A DNA stretch of 63,787 nucleotides, filler included, from Choristocarpus tenellus KU-1152 (GCA_964200185.2; 14 parts of 14 records of this genome joined end to end with filler, not necessarily neighbours in it), one strand, 5' to 3'. Positions 49,620-61,385 are shown, numbered from the whole stretch's first letter. The notes: a model not told the origin generated them from the letters alone. Numbers and translations are program-made.

Positions 49620-52100
49620 CTCTTCCCCTTGTCAACAATAATACTGGACACTACAATTGAATCTAAATATGGCAATGGATATGTTGACAAAATATTATAT
49701 CTATTACGATCATTTTGGGGGGATAAGAAACTAAGTGATGGAAAACACTCGAAAAAAGGGAGGAGAAAGTTGAGAAGGCGGGATGTGTACATAATAGATG
49801 TGATAAACCATGTACTGGAGTGGTTATACGCCCCTCAGAACTCTCGCCACAGGATATGCAACTCAAATCCAACGACCTTAAAACGACGCTACGAGGGGGG
49901 TCCACAGATGATAACCGCGTACGGTGTCAGCTTAATGTTTAGCTCGGTCAATGTCTCGCTTTTCGCTTTATCAAAAGAGGTACATCAAAAAGAACTGAAG
50001 GTTGTGGTGAGCCTTCAGCCTTTTATTAACTTTCATCCACCATTTTTCTACAGCCAAAGAGTTAAATGAAGTCTGCAAACTGCTATAACAGCCGATTTCA
50101 AAGATTGAACATTAAAAAAAAAACATATCGAGACTTTATCCCAGTCAATTTTGGGTCAAGCCTCCATCCTCAATTTTTGAAATCGGCTGTTAATTGCTCC
50201 GTCGTTTTGTGGTGCAATGACAAATAGAATTGTACTGGTGGTGTACAATTCGTTCTGTTTCCCATACGGAAATGTGAAATTGGATATTCTAAACCAGATA
50301 TTGCTGAGAAAGACGTCTGGGATAGATGGAACTCGAACCTTCATTGAGACGTAAGGACACACCCATAAATATATATGTGATATCATTGTTGTGTGTTAGA
50401 CAAATTGTTAGACAGTATAAAAGTACACCACTAATTGACTTCAAAAACCGATGTGTGACTTTATTGATGGGGAAACAATTTCTGTAACGATTTGACACAA
50501 AAGGACCCTAACCAACTTCAATATCAATTTCAATACCCAGAACGCCTATAAATATTACATATTTCGTACTTTCCACAAATTGTACAATTCAATCACATCA
50601 AACCAATCTCGTAAGAGCTATTATTGTCTTGTGTTTTCTGAACAAGGATATTTTGAGTTGATGTGCAATCGAATGGAAACGATTTGAAAATATCGCCACT
50701 ATTTCTATCGAACTGAATATATTGTCTTAACCATATCCTCACCCTAGATCCATCCACAGGTCAATTTACAGAATCCATTTTACTAGCACCTTGTAGAAAT
50801 GTATAGAAAACTTGATTTAAGTGAGGGAGCTGGGTCTACCTTGGTTACCCATTTTTCCAAGACGACAAAGGTTTGTATTACTCTTTTGGGTGGAGTTAGT
50901 ACTCGAAAAGAGGGTAATTTCCAGCAAAGAACCAGAACCATACCATCAGAAGAAGATGCTTCGGGTCTTACGTGCTGTATGCATATATATATATACCTGT
51001 GTTTGCATTTTCTAACAATTCTAATGCCAAAGGTCAAGACATTGAATTCAGGGAATAACAATACCTTGCACAAATACCATTGGTCCCAGTACTATAGTCT
51101 GTCTCTTATTGTTTCTGTCAAAAACAGGAATCAAGGTGTTTTTCGCACCCAAAGTAGACCAGGATAGTATGATTTCAACTTGTAAACCACACAAGAAATT
51201 AGCTACCACCCCGTGCAGAGCAAGGGAAATACCGTGTAGAGAATTGAGTTCACTACACAACAGAAATTCCGTCCAAGCAACTGTTTCTGTATTCTGCATA
51301 CTTCATCCTTGTAGGTATGTATTGATTTGTACTCCTGAAAGGAGACCAAACAGTAGACACTAACATTTCCGGTCACTTTTTAACCCCCTGCTCACAAATT
51401 TCCCATTAACTCCAGCACAATTTCATGTTGCAGGTTCTTGGCAACAGTTGCTTGACAAACTTCGGGTTACCCAACAGGATCAGGTCATGCAAATGATAAT
51501 GTCTGCAGGACCTCCAGGGGTAGGGAAAATCGCTTCAGTCTCTCCTAGTCTCCTCTCTGTAATGAAGGATAACTATTGAAATATTCTGTAGCCTACACAG
51601 CAAAAAATGATCGACACACTTCGCTCAAAGACACAAAGCCAGCGTAAATCCTTACACAGTTCATAGTGGAACCCTCTATTTGTTTTATGTTTAATGTTGG
51701 ATCAAAAATGCTGTGTTTACAATGACAAATACCGACATTTCACAAGCAATGGTACTGACACAAGTGACCATGGAAAATAGATCCAGTTGGAATACAAATG
51801 TGAAGACCTCATATTGCCAAGAGAGGAAGCAATTCAACCACTGTTGATACACAAGATCTCTGTTGGATGTTGAGGGAAAAATACACTATTGTTCCTTTTG
51901 GGAAAGACGAATGCGCTTCCAGGACATCAATCGCCAAGGGCTGAACAGTGACAATATTAGACTCACATGGTGTTGAACTCGACCGGCCTAGGTTTTGAAC
52001 GTGCAACTGTCAACAATCAGACAAAATAGGGACAGCTACAGCACAGTGAACCAGGAACAAAGTGGGCACCCAGTCCAGCTAGAGATACCTTTCTGGAGGG
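49620..52100 (+). pseudogene. Candidate endogenous viral element: decayed nidovirus-like replicase (RdRp - zinc-binding domain - SF1 helicase)
   Basis: Collinear motifs across stops and frameshifts: DMLTKYYIYYDHFGG (49678), PTTLKRRY (49869), HQKELK (49983), KSANCY/NC (across the MITE), KTSGIDG (50310), LVFSEQG (50628), SGLTCCMH, YCFC and CKPH (50961-51192), GPPGVGK (51508), PTQQKMIDTL (51592), LMLDQ (51691), GK*IQL (51772), LREKY (51870), TILDSHGVELD (51951), VGT/SPAR (~52062-52085). The helicase call is firmer than the RdRp call. Confidence 0.6.
50087..50191 (-). mobile_element. MITE family A, copy 3 (inverted, internally deleted), inserted in the candidate viral element
   Basis: Same TIRs; internal TTATCCCAGTCAATTTTGGGTCAAGCC is the reverse complement of copy 1; flanks CTAT/AATT, so the TSD is not preserved. 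Confidence 0.9.
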
Positions 52101-53098
52101 GAAAGGAAATACCAGCAAGGGACTGCCAATGCAATTAAACAAAAGCTTCGATACTCAAAGGGATCCACAACCTTTAGTCCTGAATTACCCAGATTTGCAA
52201 AACAGGCTTATGACTGCCTTAAAGTTGCATCAGTATGTCAAAATATTTGCCCTAACTTAATGTCAGTGTGAAGCTCTCACACAAATTCACCCTGAAGCAG
52301 CCAAATGAAACATTCAATCTGACTGGCAAGACAATGTTTGGCACCATATTAAAGCATTTTACAGCATTTGAAGTGCAAACTGCTTTGCATAAAAAAAACA
52401 GAACGCCGATGACAGATTTGTACTGGCACAAGAAAGATTAAATTGATTTTCTGTAGCAAGTGCCACAGCAACATATTAACGAAGATAAGGCCAACAAGTG
52501 AGTCACCCAGAAAACCCAGGTAAAAAACAGAAAAGGTACAGAAAATTGTTGGCTTCCTCACAAAAGTGGCAGTGCATGCGGGACAAAATGGAACATAAGT
52601 AAATGTCCTCTCAGTGTGTCTGCTCTTGAGCTATTGTAAATTCAGGGTACAACTAACCCCAAACACTGCCAAGTGCCATCACGACCATTGTGCAACGGCG
52701 TGTTGGAATCCCAAGACCAATTTGCAGCTCACACTTGGCATCTGTAGATACTCTAAAACGAAAAACCATTGTTTGGTGTAATCCTCTCTATCTACTCTCA
52801 CTCTGTCCATTGACACTCTCTGTCACAACATCACACTGTTTGACAAAACAAGTATGCTTCTCGTTATTGGGCATTTCTTATACAAAGGGTCTTGCCCTGA
52901 CCAACCCTCTCCCCCCCACTTGATATCATTCAACGGAGAAATTCCAGTACATTGTTGCTTCTGACCCTTATCTTCTTGATCCCTTGCAGAACAGTAGTTC
53001 CCCTACAGACACTCTCCATCTCTCCAACTGTAGTCTTCCCTGTCTAGGTGCAACATAGCCTAACTAATACAAAATACATGAAAGCACTCAGTAAAAGC

Positions 53099-54463
53099 CT
53101 ATGCTGTGAACTTGGTAAGGTCAAGGCCAAACTTAATGGCAGCTGCGTGAAGACCATACTTCTTGATAGTCTTGATGCCCTTGGTTGAGACACGGAGGCG
53201 CACCATCCGTTTACCCTCCGGCCAGTGCATTTTGCGCACCTGCAAGTTCACCTCCTGTACCTGAAGTGATAGGTAGCATCAACAAAAAACACATAAAAGA
53301 GAAGAGGATTGGATAACTATGCTCGATCGACTCTGACAATTGACTCTGACAATTGATCAAGAAGTCACATCCTCTATGCTCCAAAACATACAGCGGTGAC
53401 GAGTGGCAACATGGAAGTCTTTTCTACAGGATGGAGTAATGTAAGCAACGCTTCCAAACATTATGCTGTCATGGGGATGGATAGTCGGCAACTGTGGCAA
53501 AAAGTGATTCTATCGAGTATACAGTGTAACGCTGTTAGATAGTTCAAGGTATCAAAGAGTCTCCTTAGCATCAAGATAGGACGGACCTTGTGAATGCGCT
53601 TCTTGGAGAAAGTTACCACACGGGCCTTGCGGTTAGCTCTCTTACCCAGAAGGTCACAAACTCGAGTGCGCATCTGGACACTGTTTGTTGAAGTTACGGC
53701 TGGTATCGGCGATGTCTGCTGCGGTCATTACGAGGGCGTTGAAATCAAGAATTGCGAATAAAAGTTATCAAGACCATTGGAAACAGGTAGGCCACTTCGT
53801 TCAAAACTTGAAACGTAAAGGTCATTATGCCGACAAACGTTTATGGACAAGGGAGGGGAGGTGGGGTGAAGATAGATTCGAGGTGACTGTAGTCTGCAAG
53901 TGATTGCGAGGAGAGGGGCACATTTTGGTTGTAGCAGAGGGAGCTTCAAGAATTCGTTGGTAACAAATAATCATTCCGTAGTGTGGCTTCGCCCTAAATA
54001 TCCACCATAAATGTGAGGCCTACTATGTTCGCAGGTTAGCACAACTGCGATCGCCGTTTAACCAGTGCAACTTGCAACTTGAGATGCTCCGATTGATCGT
54101 ACACGAGTCGATCGATTGTCATTCTATCATGAAATATATCACTTGAAATTTCCTGTAGATGGTCCTAGTGCACTGCCATAGACCAGTCAACCATCGGGCC
54201 ACAGACAACCGCTCAAATGGGCATAGTGCGCATGTGTGACAAACTACAGGTCATAATGCTCAATTAATCGAAAAATCCAAGTTTCAGAAAGTATTTTAAG
54301 TAAAAACGGCTGCTGGTAATCCCAGGAAACTAACACTATGGCACTATTACGATGGAGGTCTCACCACACGTGAACCCGCAAATGCTGATGATGCCATCAT
54401 GAACGCTGCAGTAACTTGACTGAAGAGGAGGACGACCGCCCCTACAAGCTGACAGAACTTCAT
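53099..54463 (-). CDS. rpl28: Nucleus-encoded plastid ribosomal protein L28 (bL28); exons 54365-54463, 53587-53718, 53099-53260
   Basis: MKFCQLVGAVVLLFSQVTAAFMMASSAFAGSRV (signal peptide, TAA-F cleavage motif, transit) | QTSP...MRTRVCDLLGKRANRKARVVTFSKKRIHK | VQEVNLQVRKMHWPEGKRMVRLRVSTKGIKTIKKYG...*; all joins phase 0. Confidence 0.95.
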
Positions 54464-57400
54464 CTTCGATCCTTTCCCTTTAAATTAGATCCTAGGTCAA
54501 TGCTTTCCGTGAGTTTCCCCTTGGTACCTCCTAGATTACGTAAATGAAGTCTGCAATGAGACCTCTTACCACACCACTCCTCATGTAGTGTTTACTCCAT
54601 ATTATTTGTGACTTCTATTTTTTTGTTCTTTGTCGTGTGTTTGGGATGTTTTTGCTCGCCAACCTGGTGTGAGGTTGACAGTTGTTCGATCAATCAAAAG
54701 GAAGCGCGTATTACATAAATTGATTGATCGGTAACATTCGTTATGCGACTGCGATTTCGATATTTGATATATCGTATTCTCAAAGGAGGTCGTACATTGG
54801 AAGCCACCCACAATAAAAAAAATGATTAGAATGATATCTATCGATTTTAAGTTTCTTTATTATAATATGAAATGAATGTATGTACAATTTGTTCGTCAGG
54901 TTTGGTCCTATACTGAATTCTCTTCAAACACTACAACAAAATTGGGAAAGAGAAATTTTTGGTAGTTCCTTGTTTCGGATTCTCAAACCCACCGAGACCG
55001 TTCAGTTGTCCAGTTCATGTTCTCAAGTGGAGGGGTTGTGTGTGGACAGACCTGCCGTACTAGGCAAAATCGAGTGACGTCTTCATTGAAGTCATCGCAA
55101 GGGAGTGAGCGTTGTCCCGCATCTTATCTGTTGGTGGAGAACAAGTAACTGAGGACCAGGACACAATGTTCCGCGGAAACAGAGGCCGGGGGCCCTCTGT
55201 CTTGCCCATGGCAGGATCGAATGGCCCTCTTGGATATAATTCGAGAAGCAGTACCTCTGGAGCCAGTCTTAGCAAGTCTTTCATTGCTTCTGTGGGATGG
55301 GTTATAGTGAGTTGGTGGCAAAGTGATACACTTATCCTGCGTGATTCTTTGTTGTTGATCTCATCACAAGAGTATCGCTACGTTTGCAGTACCCTTCTTT
55401 GATGTTTTGCACGTTTGGTTTAATCCCTACGAGCTCTCGCCCTGTGCCATGTTTAAATTTAGACGGCAGAATATGTTGTCAACAACCTGTTACGTCCTGA
55501 TCCATCATCTCTAGTTGGTCATCATTATGGTAATTTTTTCCTCAGATTGCTGGATTGGTCCGGTTGCCGCTTTTGGTGATCTCTGCTAGAACCTCTTAGG
55601 CTTCGGTCCTAGCGTTGTAGCACTCATCTCGAAAACAGTCGCCCCTATTTTGAAAGTATGCTGCCACAACAGGATAGCTCGTGAGTGTGTTGCGTGACCC
55701 TTTTCTTGGCGAGGTGACCCTATATGACGGAGCCAAGTGGAAATAGTACAATTCTCATATCACCCAGCTCACCTGTTGAACTTTTATCAAAAGAAAAATG
55801 ATCGAGTATATTTGTCTGGTTACATAGTTAAAATTCAAAACGATCCTTTCTCCACATCTAAATTGGGTGGTGGGTGTTTACTCTTGACATATGACTCCTC
55901 TAGGGGTTGTACGTTTGGTTCTTTCCGATGACCTAGGGTTGTTTCGCACTGCATCAAGCAATATCCAAGGCTTCATCGATCAAGCACTCAGCACCCTGCA
56001 TCTGTGAAAATGTAGACACACCTTTGGTTCTCATGTAGACCTGTTTCCGATCATGACGGCAACCAGGTTTACCAAGATGAGAGTAGACTTAAATTGCCGT
56101 GACACGTTGTCCAATACACTAATATCATGCGTTGACCAGATAAGCAGTGCCCTCGTCATCTATGGGTACACCTATTGCCGCTCTCGAATGGAAACGACCA
56201 GCTTGGATTGTGATCATGCAGGCTGCAAGCTCAAGACTCTTCATGGAGGTGTCAAGGGTGTATTATATATACTTGTAAGTGATTGATTCATGACTGCAAG
56301 AGCTTGACTAATGCACCTGATGTAGTACAAATCGCAGTACGTTGTCAACTTCAAAGCTATCCAAAGCTGCAACCAATATACCCCAAGCACTGCAAGTTGA
56401 ACTACCTCGACATGCTCGAAGCTTGAATGGTTTGACCGTACCTCCCCTACTCGTACTGTAACATCGTATAGAGTGTGATCAACTCCTTATTCTGAGCAAT
56501 TACAGAGATTAGGCATGAACGGCACTACCTTCCCACTCACTCCCCCGTATTTTTGTCTAGATCGGTCCCTTTTTTTTTACTGTCAACAATGTTTTACCTC
56601 ACTGCCCCATCAGAAGGACCTATACTCTCGCCTTCTCTCTTTGCACCAGTACTTGGCTAATTCACCTAATGTACGACTTTGCCAGTCGCCATGTGCTTAA
56701 TAATCACCCCTTGTGTGGTGCGTGCCTGCACGGCTTAGCCTCTCCCAGATACAGTTAACCCTTCCATGCCGATCATCAATAGCCGACTGGGTTGAGCCCC
56801 CCAGAGCCAGAACGTCCAATCAATTGTAGTAGTCGATGTGAAGGTCGGCCAGAGCAAAGAACTGTCTCCACGCATGCATGGTCTGTTGTTGGTTGAAAAG
56901 AGCGTTTTCTTCAACCGGAAAGTGCTTCTTTTTTTTTCACTTCCTTTTTTTGCTGGTTTTTTTTCCACACTTCTTCAACGATGCACCGCTAACCCTAACC
57001 CTAAATCCATCATCGCTGCCGTTACTTTCTTTCTTTCCTATGTTGCCAAAAAAAAAAACGGGGCCCAACTCCATGTTTTGGTTCGTCAGAGGGAGAATTT
57101 GGTCCGTGCTGAGGTGGTGAGGACGAAGGACAACCAGATTGTCCAGCCCACTGGGATGCGCAGGCAGGAGCAAAGGAGGCTCGGGCATAGCTATGCGTTG
57201 GTGATCAGAGAACCTGACTCTGAAGATGTGAGCATTCGCATTATCACTACTGTTTAGGGTTAGGGTTCCTTATAAACGTGATTTGAGGTGGCATGGGATG
57301 CTGTAGTGCGCTTGCATACTCATACTCTTAATTTCATCTGAAGTTTATGCAGGCCATCCACTGGTGTAAATGTTGCTCTTTTGGCCCTCATCTCTATATA

Positions 57401-58508
57401 ACCCTAATGCAACCTTACGATAATTATCTCTGACCCTGGCACTTGGTCTACCCCGACCCGGGTGGTGAAAGAAAGGTATTGTTCGGTTCTCAAAGACATC
57501 ACCATACAGTATGTTTTATTCTTATGAGAGAATAGATGGTTGTTGGAAAATGCTGTGCTATCTCGTTGAAGAATCAAGATCCGATCTTCTTTTTGACTGA
57601 GCCAATTGGGAGGCCTGTATTGTCCTTCTCTCCCCAAGAAATCTGGTGGCACGTGTTGTTGCATCATGCAGTAATTTCTTTTAAAAGACATGGTGTGCCA
57701 TATACCCAACAAGAGCATTTGCATGTGTTGGTGTTTGGGCTTGTTCTCTCATATTGTTGATGTGATGGAGGTGATTTTACGCCATAGTTCCTGGACATTG
57801 TGGCTTGTCTGCTTCAAGAATAAACCTAACTAGTCCCCCTGTCAGGTCCCTTGAGTCTCCTTGAACCCTTTTGTCTCAAGTGTAACTGTGAAACAAATAT
57901 TCAAGACTAGTATCGGGATTAAGATCGCACCCGTTGTTGTACCAGCATGTTGTTCGTTAGTCCAAGGTGTACTTGCGACAGAGGTCCTTTTTGCATGCCG
58001 CAATACACAGACCGACCTTTCCAATTTTTATGGGTGTGATTAAAACAGCAGTCAGATCAGTATGTGGTGTTATCATTGCTGGGATTGGACAACTAACTCT
58101 CCTAGGCGCTAAGGCTGTGACCCTAACCCTAACCCTAAGAGTTTCCACTTCTCACTGTGAGAAACCCTAACCCTATGAATTCACACATTTTCCACTAGGG
58201 CTAGGGTTGTAAATGCGGAGGGAGGCGTCTATTATCTAATTTTAGCGTTCAAGCAAGCTGCAACCCTAACCCTAACATGGAACATCTGGTGCATGGCCCC
58301 TCTTCGAAACATCTGGTCTACGCAACAATTCCAACTGTTTTTTTTGTCTGATTCAATGCTCTGCTGTGGGGGTTGCACAACATTTATTAACCCTAACCCT
58401 AACCCTTATGTGGAAACGGCTTTTTGGCGGGGGTGGCAGGCAGGGAGCCCATACACTTTGATTTTTTTTTTCTGCATTCTTCTCAGTAAAGTTAATGCCG
58501 CCTGTCTG

Positions 58509-58776
58509 CCATAACGTACCAAGTAACCCTAACCATAACGTACAGAGTAACCCTAACCCTCCCTAACCATAACGTACCGATTAACCCTAACCCTAACCCA
58601 TAACGTACAGAGTAACCCTAAACCGAACCATAACGTACCGAGTAACCCTAACCCTAACCATAACGTACCGAGTAACCCTAACCCTAAACCATAACGTACC
58701 GAGTAACCCTAACCCTAAACCATAACGTACCGATTAACCCTAACCCTAACGTACCGAGTAACCCTAACCCTAACCC
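58509..58776 (+). repeat. Telomere-derived minisatellite, 9 x ~30 bp
   Basis: Unit CCATAACGTACCGAGTAACCCTAACCCTAA. Confidence 0.95.
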
Positions 58777-58899
58777 AAGTAGAAGCGCACCGTCTCTATT
58801 CTGCACCTGTCGGAGGGTGCTCTTATGGACCCTTTCGTGAAGTGTACCCTAGGGTTACACTGTCTAAACTATTGTATGTATGTGATGTCATGCCGTCAG

Positions 58900-59043
58900 G
58901 ATGATGATGATTCCTATGACTCCTTCGAAGATGATGACGACTCTTACGATAGCTACGATGACTCGGAAGACTCTTCAGAGTCGGTCGATGATGATGATGA
59001 CAGCGAGGATCTCAACCCCCCCCGCCCTCAAGCCTACAAGTGA
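58900..59043 (+). CDS. Possible Asp/Ser-rich exon
   Basis: gtcag|DDDDSYDSFEDDDDSYDSYDDSEDSSESVDDDDDSEDLNPPRPQAYK; mixed GAT/GAC codons argue against a pure microsatellite. Confidence 0.35.
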   Translation, partial: DDDDSYDSFEDDDDSYDSYDDSEDSSESVDDDDDSEDLNPPRPQAYK

Positions 59044-60725
59044 GAAGACCGTCTCCTTTCCCCTGTCGATAATACGGCGTCGACAATCCGATGAAAAGCC
59101 CCAACAACCCTAACCCTATCACAATGCTGGTGTGGCGTAACCCTAACCCTTGTGTTTATAGACCCTTCGATGACAACTCGGGGGGTGGAATGGGACACAC
59201 TGAAGAAATGTGCAACGAAGTAGATTAACTTTGGTACGACGACCGCTTTTTTTGTTTTGTTTTGTAGTGGGTGTGGCGTTAAGAATTTGAGTCTTGACAG
59301 GGAGGGGGCTGATGAAGGGAGTTTGTGGTAAATAAAAAGGCGTTTGCTATGTGAAAGTAGTGGTGTTGATGTGAGTTGTTTTGGTCACTCCTGGACATTG
59401 CATCGCAATTTCTCTTCATATATTCATACCTATGTTTATCTACAATATGTATGTATATATATGTATGTATGTATGTTAATCTATAATATGCACCATTGTC
59501 CTTGGACCGTGTTCAGAGTTAGCAATGAGCATTGATAGATTGTAGGTCTTGTTGCATGTAAAGCAGCCCTTTTCGAAATTCGGTGGTGATTAGTCTTGAT
59601 TCCCTTGTTTTGACAGCCCTTAGCCGTCGACTTTTCCTGATTATATGCCATGGTAGTTTCGAGCTATGATACCGCTCCTTCCTAAAGTGAATGCATTTGA
59701 CTTGGGACTTTGCACACGCTCTGATTGAGGGTTAGGGTTAGGGTTGGGGATGAATTGTTTAAAGGTTAGGGTTAGGGATGAATTGTTTAAACACGGTGTA
59801 CTTCATTTCCCTACGAACAGATAGGTTGAGTTAGGGTTAGGGTTAGGGTTGGGAATCTTTTTGTAAAGGGTATCATGCGCCAATTGCACATGGTGTCAGA
59901 GGCAGTGAAAAAATTGCTATGTTCGGTTATGGAGGCGTTACGTTTTATGTTGTGTTTTATTTCTTATTTCATGTTATATTTTATGCCCTGGTGTGATGAA
60001 ATTTAAAGGAAGGATGACAAGGGGCAGTGATGATGTTGATGGTATATGTGGCAGAGAGGGAGAGAGGGCTGCATTGTTTTGTGTGTATTTGTTTGTTGCA
60101 TCTGCGAAATGTGGGAAGGAGGAATTTTGAAAGTCAGAGGTGAGGTGTTTCTCGGAGGACTGGAGTTAAAATCGCCTTGCCAATATACTGAAATCCTCCA
60201 TTTTTTGTGAGAGGTTTTCTTCACACCCAATGAGCAGTATTGACGTGAATATTTTTTCTGCTTCAATCATATACCTGATCCAAGTTTTTTTTGTAGGTGT
60301 GGTGAGGTGGAGGGCAGGATTCCACACATGGTGTATGCTGTGTTGATGTTCGTGATACTGTTGAATAGCTAGTTCTGGTATCACTGTAGCAACAAACCAA
60401 CGCAGTATATCCAGTTGTATGTTGATGTATGTTCTCTCCACACCCATCCTTATCCCTAAAAGCACGATGGTCTTGATTGGATTTGAGGAGTGCACTTAGC
60501 AGCAATAGTTTACCAACCCTAACCCTAACCACTGAAGCATGTTGCCGTTACCTGCAAGATTGAGATGTTACTATCAATATTTTTGACCCTAACCCTAACC
60601 CTAAAATCTTCGCATTAGTTGTTAAAACGAAAGTGATATCTGAGGGGAATTTAGGGTTAGGGTTAGGGTAAACCCCGTGCGTCGAGGATAGGTATATCAG
60701 AAATCTACTCTTTTAGTTTTGAAGA

Positions 60726-60808
60726 AAGACCCAAAGTATCTTGGGGGGGGGGGGGGGGTCAACACGGGGGTGTCCATTTGGGTCAAAACCAGGAAAAGGG
60801 CACTTACA
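60726..60808 (-). repeat. Poly(C)-AGATACTTTGGGTC repeat terminus, longest copy
   Basis: Reverse complement reads TAAGTGCCCTTTTCCTGGTTTTGACCCAAATGGACACCCCCGTGTTGA-C(n)-AAGATACTTTGGGTCT. Confidence 0.8.
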
Positions 60809-61385
60809 TAATCCATCTGACACATGNNNNNNNNNNNNNNNNNNNNNNNNNNNNNNNNNNNNNNNNNNNNTTAATTAATTAANNNNNNNNNNNNNNNNNN
60901 NNNNNNNNNNNNNNNNNNNNNNNNNNCTATCACATAATCCACCAGTGGTGTCTATAGTGTATCAGCAGCACTATCTACGAACAGTTTGCACTGGTTGATC
61001 ACGGGATAGATGGGTGACGGGAAGTCAGCGACCAAGGGACCACATTGGTTGCTCATAGTTGGTGTTACAATGGGGGGGTAGATTAGGTGGAATACAAACA
61101 AATAAAATATAGGAAAAAATACGTATTGAATATTATGATAATCAATCTTTCCTCAATGGGATAAGTTTGTGCCGCAAAACACCTGGGCTTGCTGTGCGAA
61201 AACGGCACTGAATCGGACCATAACCCCACGGAATAAAATCGGGTTGACGAACTCAGCTCTCAGAAATGGTTGGGGTCGAGGATCATCAGGTACAGACTCG
61301 AGGTGCTTCAAGCCGACAAAGGAGGGGTCTTTGGGGGGGATTTTGAGGCCAGAACTGGGCACGTGGAGGGTCAGAACAACGTCGG

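Larger units (their letters stand above)
56989..60670. repeat. Region peppered with short (CCCTAA)n/(TTAGGG)n tracts in both orientations
   Basis: About 17 separate tracts of 1-3 units, e.g. 56991, 57254, 58120, 58263, 58389, 59106, 59139, 59729, 59830, 60515, 60586, 60652. Confidence 0.9.

Noticed and set aside
58509-58776. CRISPR-like array (also 35064-35220 and 46663-46900)
   Set aside because: Units are head-to-tail with no unique spacers, there are no cas genes, and the context is eukaryotic.
49357-60808. 11.4-kb giant transposon bounded by inverted poly(C) repeats, carrying the viral-like element and rpl28
   Set aside because: The same repeat ends several unrelated contigs in the same relative orientation, so repeat-induced assembly breaks explain it; no TSD or transposase is visible.
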